From the human T2T-CHM13v2.0 reference genome, Homo sapiens, in the NCBI RefSeq assembly GCF_009914755.1, contig NC_060942.1: DNA of 64,000 nucleotides; one strand, given 5' to 3'. The notes below the pieces were generated by a model. The model did no database searches and had not been told where the DNA came from. It saw only the letters and a program-made list of their open reading frames with translations. The first letter of the stretch is position 1, and each line of letters opens with the position of its first letter. This document shows positions 55,490 through 64,000 of the stretch, one piece after another. The position numbers and the translations under genes were made by a program.

Positions 55490-58400
55490 ATCAAGTAAAT
55501 AAATGATTTCCCCATAAATTGTGCTTTTAGGAAAAAGCTTTTTGTGAGAAGTCATTGTCTCTCTTGCCTATGCACCATGATCTGCAATATCATTATGATT
55601 TTCATACAGGTCAGTAGGACTTTTATTGTGGTAAAGAGTCTGTTTTGTCAGTATTGGGATTTTTATTTTTATGTTAGTGCTGATTAGTTGTGCCTAAATT
55701 TTCAAAGGAGGAAGTTACAGTGAGACATCTCTGACTCCTCACGTCCCATTATGGCCACAACTAGTTCGTCTGGTTTCTTTGGGATTCCCTTTGGGCAAGA
55801 GCAGGGTTCAGTAGTCAATTCAGTCTTTGGGGGTCTTTAGGATTTTATTTTTTAGTTTATATTTCTCCTTTTTTGTCAAAGTATGCTAGTAGTGGTACTG
55901 ATGGCTAAGTTTTTATTTTTGTCTCATGCCGATGCCAGAGTGGTGTGTGGCCTGACCTGGTTCTATCATGGCCCTAGGTGGGTCCCCTATGGCCAAGGAA
56001 CTTACAGCCAGAAGACTCATACTCAATTACATGTTCTAGGACAGATGGGAATGGAGGAGGGCAAGTATGCATTAACCTTTAAAACCCATTTTAAACAACA
56101 TTAGAGCCAAAAATTAAAAGCCAAAAGGCAAGGATACAAAATTGACTTATTTATAAATTTTATGAATTGAGCTACTGTAATCTTGGCTTGTAGCAATTAG
56201 TTTTACAAAATAGAAGCATTTTGTTCAGCTGTTCAGGCATCTGTGTGCCTGCCCTTGATTTGGAGGACATGAACTAATTATATCCTTCAAAACTGCCCCT
56301 TACAATCTCATGTGATGGTTCCTGGGCCTGAAGAAATTGAATAGTTTCAAATTCTGTAGGTAAAACAAAATATAAAGAATTTGCAAAGTTTTCAATAAAG
56401 ATGTCATAAGCCCTGCCTAGTTTTGAGAATAACAGAAAAGGAAGCTTATACGTGGCTAAATATTTACATTATTTAGTATTAAGGCATAGAATAAATTATG
56501 TTAATTTAGATAGAGGCAAAAGTATTAAATGAATCTTAATGTTTTTGAATACAGACCTGTCCCTGCATTGCATGAAAGCAGTTTACTTTGATTATTGCCT
56601 TTGCCTGTGTCTAACGACAAGACTTTCGTTAGCCTGAGTTTGAGTCAGATACCAGCAGGAGTCAGCGCCCTCCTTAGATGAGATACATGTACCCAGAAGT
56701 CAAAGCCCTATAATTTATAACACAAGTATTAGTTAATAGCACATTATAAGGACCTTTTCAAGGGGCTTGAGGGCGTGATACTGGAGTACATGGCCTGACT
56801 AGAAACTGTAAAAAGATTCTGTAAGAGCATGGTGATGAATTTTTATAACTTTGATAAACCCCAGCAATAGATCAGAGACTTAATTTAGGATTTAATTTTG
56901 AGCACGTTTGTCAAAGATGTTAAAAGGCTTACAACATTTGATCAAAACAGAACCATGGGTCATTGTAAAATAGTAGCTACTCATTTAACTGAAGTGATAA
57001 CTAAAAATCCTTAAAGGCAACACAGAAAATTATATCTATGTAAAAACCTTAAGCCTCTTAAATCTCAGTTTTTTAAAGCAATTAAAACTCTAATAAAGAC
57101 AGTATAGGACCTATCCTGATAAAGTATAAATTTTGTTTCATAACAAGTTACCAAGGAAACAAAAAAATAAAAAAAAATCGTTTTGCAGTGTGACTGCCTC
57201 TCCTTATGGAAAATCCATTTAGATAACCAGGAAGTCAAACGTGATTTAAAAAGTGGTTGAATTTAATTGGACACAGGAAGAGTACGTTTAAGGTTATGAG
57301 TGAACCTTATATTATAGACGAAACAAGAGAAAGGAAAATGGGTACCTTGAGCAGTGGAACACAGGACTCTTGGTAACAGCATGACAAGTTTTCTGATTAC
57401 TTTGAAAATTTAGACCTATTAAGAAAAGCCAAGAGCATAGAATTAAGTTATACATTTTTGACCTATAAGATAAAAATATTTCAGCATCAGGTCAAAATAA
57501 TGGTCAGAACCAGAGGCAAAAATTTAGAGAAGCTAGCTAAAAAGCTGAAGGTGAGAGTTTTATCTCAGGCCCTTTTAAAGGGAGACAAAGTTGAAAACAG
57601 CAAGGCACAATAAAAGTTGAATTTCTAACATATGAGTCTGATAACTTTTTAAAAGAAATAGTTTATAGAATTAAAATCAAAACCTCTTATGATTGTATTA
57701 AGAGTAAATCAATACCTTAAGAAAACATTATTTGAACATAGGGGACTAAACTTTAGAAGACTATTTTAAATAATTCCCTTTTCATTATAACTAACTTAAT
57801 CACGTTCAAAACTCCTTTTATAAACTCCTCTTCATGAAAGTTATTCCAGCTTATACAGATTATTTATGACACAATTGGACTTTCTAACTTGTCCTATACT
57901 TCCCTTATTCCTAAATAATTATTTTTCTTGAGGACAAAATTCACCACATAATACACTTTCCTATATAAAATTATATTTTTTTCTTTATAACCCTCCTTAC
58001 CAAAAATACATAATCATATTCATAACTTTATTCACATCTCTCTCCCCTACTTACTGATTTCTTTTACCTTTTTCATAAATAACTTATAAATAACCCTCAA
58101 GTTACATAAAAATATTTTTTCTCAATAAGAACATAATTTATAGAATTATACATTAACTAGAATGTTTATTTTTAGTAACTTTAAATTTTAGTGAAAACTT
58201 AGGAAGCAAGAATTCCTAAACTGTTTATTAGATTTCAATATTTTGTAGATGCAACAATCTGAGAAGTTTTAGAAATATATTCCCACATTATAACTTTTTT
58301 AAAGTTGTAAATAACCCAGACACCCAATGAGCATCCAAAAGAATTTTAGTTTTAAATTACAAAGAAGTCCATTTACAAGCATTTATTTCATTTACGTGTA

Positions 58401-60271
58401 TTCAATTTTAAAAAAAATTTAAGCTTAGATTTAGATTACTTTTGAAAAATGAGATATTACACAAATCTAGTCATTAAAGTTATTTTTAGTCATTAATTTA
58501 TTTTTCTGTTAACCATTTTTAAAGTCTGTGAGCATTAAATGTTCACCTGAGAAACTTAAAACATATGAGCATTTTGTCTCTTTTCATTGAACTAGTAATT
58601 TGAAATTAGACTTATTTATCAAAAAAACGCTGAAGATTATTGGTTTTGGCTGGGTTTATAGAGTCAACCTGAAAACATTTAGCACAGGCAAATATAAAAC
58701 TTATTTATCCAGACAAAATGTATGCTGACAATTCTGGAGATATTTTTATTTTTATCTCATCAGGGATTTTAAAGCCAGTTTATTTATTGAAGATTATTAA
58801 GTTCATGTGACCTTGAATATCATTTGGACTTATTTAAGAGTTCTCATCTATTTATAAGCCAACTTGGTAGGATGCTGGACACAATAAAGAAGATAATACA
58901 TGTACAGACACATAAATGTATCTATACATGTATGCACACATACAAACAAAGATCCAACAGTTTTTTCCTCAAAACTCTACCCATGAGACAGCATCACAAA
59001 CTCACTGAACAATAAAAGATAGCTGGATCCAAGTTATTTCTGACAAAATGGTGACCTGTCTAAATGGCTAAACATTGCTTAATAGGTGATCCAATGAGGG
59101 CCATAAAGCAAAATTTTGGGTACAGCATTTTAACTGGCAGTTTTCATTTTAAAACTTCTTTTACTTCTGTTTACTTTTTAAAGTTTAAATAAGATTTTAA
59201 TGTTTTTATTTTAGCATGAACTGACTGAGCTGTATAAAAAAACCAAAATCTCCAAGTAACCTTGAAACAATGAATTTTATCTCAACACTGGTAGCTTAAT
59301 AACAGCAGATTCAAATCAGGCAGGAAATAAAAATCAGAAATACTGAGCTTTAGAAGACTGTATCTAACTCTATTGTTGTAGACGAAGCATTTGAGCTCTG
59401 GATTTGTCTTTCTGTTATTCGATCATCAGTTTAAATTGTGCACAAAAATGAGCCATATTATATAACTAGCTGGAATTTCAGATAGTTTAGAAAAGAGTTC
59501 ACATGCTTTCTCCCCTAGAACACTTGCCATAGATACAAGGAATACTCTGGAGTCCCAAAGAGGATGACAACATGAGGGCCAGGAGTTTGGAAACTGTTTC
59601 TCCCCTAACTAGGAGAGAGACAGCCTCTCTTGCTGCCTTCTGACAATCAGATGGACCTGGTCTTGGCCAGTGAGATGGAGACTATGCCAAAGCACCCTTG
59701 GAGGGTGGGGGTAACACTAAACAGACACATAAATACAGATGAATCTGATGCAGATGAAGCACTCCAAACTGATTCTGAAAGAGGGGAGACTGAAGCAAAG
59801 TCCTGAGATCTTAACCTCAAACTCAGAGAGCACCACAGAGTGACCTGCATTAAGTCCACATGGCACCACAGATGACATATACTAGGTCTAGATGGCTAGA
59901 GAGCCCAGATGGCAGAGACAAGATTTCTGGGTGCACTTTAGTTGATTTACCTAGTTCTGAGAGCCTGCCAACTTCTCAGATGTTTCTTTTTTTACACTGA
60001 CAGAATATTGGAGTGGGTGATGCCATGAAGGGGAGAGAAGGGACGATCTCTGAGCCAAAAGCACTCTCAACAGCTGCTGGGAATTCCCTGAGTTCCCAGC
60101 AAGGGGGTCACCAGGCCACCAGCAACTGGCATTTGCAAGTGGCTGCCATCCCACCTGGTAGCATGAATGGGTAAGCCCTGGTACATGGCTGCAGCCAATG
60201 GTTCCATTCATTGGAAACCATGTGTATAGGCTAAGCTGCTTGAACCAGACGGTTCCTCAAATGGGGCACCA
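55490..60271 (-). mobile_element. MER4-group ERV1 internal region (non-coding/non-autonomous), 3'-truncated
   Basis: AT-rich ERV1-internal-like sequence without pol ORF. PBS at 60254-60271 adjacent to an LTR. Confidence 0.65.
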
Positions 60272-60273
60272 AA

Positions 60274-60921
60274 TTTCTACCTAGCTCAAGTCCGGCCACT
60301 TACTGCTCAGAAGCTGACCATATGAGAAGCAACGTGTCGTGAAAGGAAAGCAGTTTTATTAATCAAATGCTAGTAGTCAAGGATTGGCCAGGCTCACGTC
60401 TTTAAAAGATCATTCCAGCTTTTGGGGCTTAATGAAGGGGTTTAAGAAAGAAAACTTGGGGTGCGAAACATGGGTGGTGCAGGAGGGTGCAGGTCTGTGT
60501 GTCTTGTTCTGATGGCTATCTTAGGTAATCGCCCATCCAGAGGTCTGGTTGGTGTCATCTCATTTTTGTCCTTGTAGTGGTGGACTAACTCTTCATAACT
60601 CCACCTAAGCAGGAGGATAATGCAGCTAGGTCTCTATGCCTGGTTTGTTTCAAGATTAGCCCCCAGAACTTTTAAGAAGCACATAATTCGATACAAGCAT
60701 ATAGTTAGGTAAATGTGTATGTTGTAAGGGAGTGTATGGTGAGAAAAGGAAGATTGTAATTTTCAAAGAAAATATATTTCAAAGCTGTATTCCAACACTA
60801 CAGAGAAAAAAAAGAAGGGGGTTTCTGTAGTAACATTCAAGTTTATATCTTGAGACTAGGGAGAAAAGAGGAAAAGAAAAAAAATAATTAAAGTATAGTT
60901 CTAGGTTGAACTGTTCGTTGA
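60274..60921 (-). mobile_element. 5' LTR of the ERV1 element, MER66-like
   Basis: Abuts the PBS. Minus-strand AATAAA (TTTATT at ~60355). Resembles recalled MER66 consensus. Confidence 0.55.
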
Positions 60922-60929
60922 CGTTGACA

Positions 60930-61840
60930 TTGACAGTAGAATTTTTATAGGTAGCATTATTAGCAAAAATTCTTCCTCCTAGTTGCTAAGAGTTTTTATC
61001 CTAGATTGATTTTGCTAATTTTCAAATATTTAATACATCTTGCACATAATTGACAGGATCATGAATATTTCTTTTCTTTTACTGGACTGTTATGATAAAC
61101 AATTATCCATTTCACCTTTTAATGTGAAACCTTTCTTCCATTCCAAGTATGTATTATCCTTTTTATATATTCCTGAATTGTGTGTGTTGATATGTTGTTA
61201 CAGGTCTTTGCATGTATGTTCATGAATAAAGTCAATCTATATGTTTGTATGTATTTGCTTTAATAATGTTTTGGTCTGGTTTTGGCGTCAGAGTAGTGGT
61301 GCCCTCATAATATGAATTGAGAATTATTTCCTTCTATTCTATTTTGTGGAATATTTTGTGTAGAATTCATACCTTTTCTTCTATAAATGTTTGCTAAAGT
61401 TCATATTTCAGCCAGGGGATTATATTTGTTGGACGATTTATTCATTTTGTTTGTTGTTGTTGTTGTTGATTTTCCTACAAATGGACTCATGTGCATATAA
61501 ACATTTATCCAAACAATGAAGGCATCCCTCTGCACATCCTTCTCTCTTTTTCTCTCTGCAGCTCCCTTCTGCCTGGCATTCTATCCTACAAATGCTAGCC
61601 AATTTGACATGTTCCAACTTCAACTTTTGTCTCCTTGATTCAAGGTTATTGTAAGACTCTGGGTGTCTGCTCTCGGTCTGATTTTTGGTCACTGCCTCCA
61701 AATGATAATCTAGGGAAATCATGTTATTTATATTACTTGGTTTGTCTTCTATTGGGAATCACAGTCTTGCATAGCCTGTGGTACAATGTCCAAAACGAGT
61801 CATTTTATATTTTTGTCAAGTTTCCATTTGTTTAAGCCAA
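60930..61840 (-). mobile_element. Old L1M fragments
   Basis: T-rich antisense L1-like sequence (GGTCTGGTTTTGGCGTCAGAGTAGTGGTGCCCTCATAATATGAATTGAGAA). Confidence 0.55.
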
Positions 61841-63169
61841 TATGATTTGTTTGTTCCCTCAACAAAGCAAAATAACATGTTTTTTATAAATGAATCTCTT
61901 CACTGATTTTCTATTATTTTCATATTATCAATCAAATTTTTTTGATTAGTTCAGCCTTATGACTGTGCTTTTGAGAATCAAAGAAAACAGCTTCCAAGCA
62001 CACTTGGAAAATAAGTGTATCTAGGAGTGGAACTAAAATATCTTGGAGGATTTTTTGTACTACAGAAATAGTATGCAGAAAACAATGAAAAACTCTTCTA
62101 AATTAAAAGCGACGGGTGACAATTAAGATAAATTTTCAAAATACTCCCTGGCATTTTCAGAAATTCTCAGGATCAGAAATGATTCAATAAGGAACAAAGA
62201 TTTCTTGTAGTCAGGCAGACATAGTTGGTACTATAGTATTTGGATATTAGAAGAAAGAGCTGTTAGTGAGAGAAAAATTGGAAATTTCACAATTTTTTGA
62301 AACCTTAGTCTTAAATGTTAAGACTAAGTTTACCTTACCCTTCAATTTGACATTTGCAGTTCATCACTTTTATATAAATATAATTTTCAAATATATCATT
62401 TTAAATTTTGTTATCAGATTACTTTTTATTCTTTGACCAAAAAGTATGAGTCATGGGAATTTGACTTGTAGTTTAATCAAATTATAACTTATTTGCTTAA
62501 GTATACTCTGAATAAGTTTAACCTAGAATTGGACTTACATGAAATTATTACTTCTTTATATGTGAGTTCATTCAATGAGAGAATTGTTAATTTTCCTGAA
62601 AAGGTAGCATTTCCAAAAACATCCACAAATATTAGATCAATGTCAAGCTCTAATTGCAGGTTTCAACATGTCCAGCATACTTAATCACTAGGCAATTAAG
62701 TTTAATCTGTCAATTCTGTTTTTGTAAGTGCATATTATTTTATTGGATTAAATATTGGTTTGAAAAAGGAACTCCAGAAATTTAAAACTAACCTAACCTG
62801 ATATTATGTAAGTCTTTACACAGTAATATAAGAAAAATCTTTTGTATTATTCTGCATATGCATTGATTGTCAATACAGATGTAGAGCCTCTTTTTCTCAA
62901 AGAACATGATTCCATGAATATGAGATTATTTTAATCATGAGGACACTAACTCCAGTCTACAGGTGTCAGTACATATCTATATCTAGACATCTATACCAAT
63001 ATCTATATCTAATCTATAGGTATCTATTTATATCTAAGATTTCAATGACAAGATACTACTAATTCCTGGGTAGTTTTTGGTAAGTTTAGCTTTCTTGAGC
63101 AAGTCTAGCATTATGCAGCTGTTGTGTGATGCTTCACCTGAACAAAATAGAGCACACTCTTTTGTGAAA

Positions 63170-63455
63170 TGCCAGGGTTTGAATCATGATGTACTCTCCA
63201 ACATTTATTTTGAAATTAATTCCCAATACAACAGTATTAAGAGGCATGGCCTTGGGAGGTGATTGAGTCATGAGGGCTCCACCCTCATGAATAGAATTAG
63301 CACCTTCATAAAAGGGCTTGAGGTTGAAGGGAGCTCTCTCTTGCCCTTCAGATCCTTGGACCATTTGAAGACACAGCACTCCTCCTCTACAGAGAATGCT
63401 GAAACAAAAAGCCAGCTTGAAAACAGAGAGGAGACCTCGCCAGACACCACTCCAG
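63170..63455 (+). mobile_element. MST/MLT1A-type MaLR LTR, partial
   Basis: GCCTTGGGAGGTGATTGAGTCATGAGGGCTCCACCCTCATGAATAGAATTAG. Confidence 0.75.
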
Positions 63456-63593
63456 ACATAAACACTCAACATATTAGGAGATAAGGCTTGAGTTACATAT
63501 CATTTCTTCCCAAAGAGGTTTTGTTAACTCCAAGAGTAGGTATCGTATTCCATTAATTTCTTTCATAGGCCTTTTTAAAAATTATCGTTAACA

Positions 63594-63860
<267 letters not shown>

Positions 63861-64000
63861 TTAACAGCAAATTACACCTCCATTAATTTTTGTGTCTCTG
63901 ATTTTTGCTACTCTCCTCTATTAGGAAGTAAGCTCAATGAAAGCCTATGATTTTTTTTTTCTCTGCACAGATCTGAACAATGAAAACAAAATTGAGTTAG

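Overview
This is AT-rich primate genomic DNA, most likely human or great ape (AluY and L1PA3-type copies are present). It is mostly interspersed repeats: Alus, young and old L1s, L2/MIR, ERVL/MaLR, MER4-group ERV1 LTRs and internal sequence, and Tigger/mariner DNA transposons. I find no convincing host protein-coding exon, RNA gene or CpG island; the recognisable ORF-track entries derive from repeats, and the rest are short and uninformative. I do not see a new multi-gene system. The most notable element is one L1PA3-like insertion (30246-33273) with three unusual features inside a single 15-bp TSD: an inverted 5'UTR/ORF1 piece separated from the sense part by a ~2.3 kb gap, a 38-nt 3' transduction with its own poly(A), and an ATG-led 860-aa chimeric ORF fused to EN-less ORF2. 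Also notable: two further inversion-containing L1s; a ~135-bp inverted duplication inside a (TA)n tract; a tailless Alu patch replacing L1 sequence; overlapping perfect hairpin scars; an ERV1 with a tRNA-Met-like PBS; and weak candidate + strand exons downstream of an MLT2A LTR. Subfamily names come from recalled consensus sequences and need RepeatMasker/Dfam confirmation. Boundaries of old repeats are approximate.
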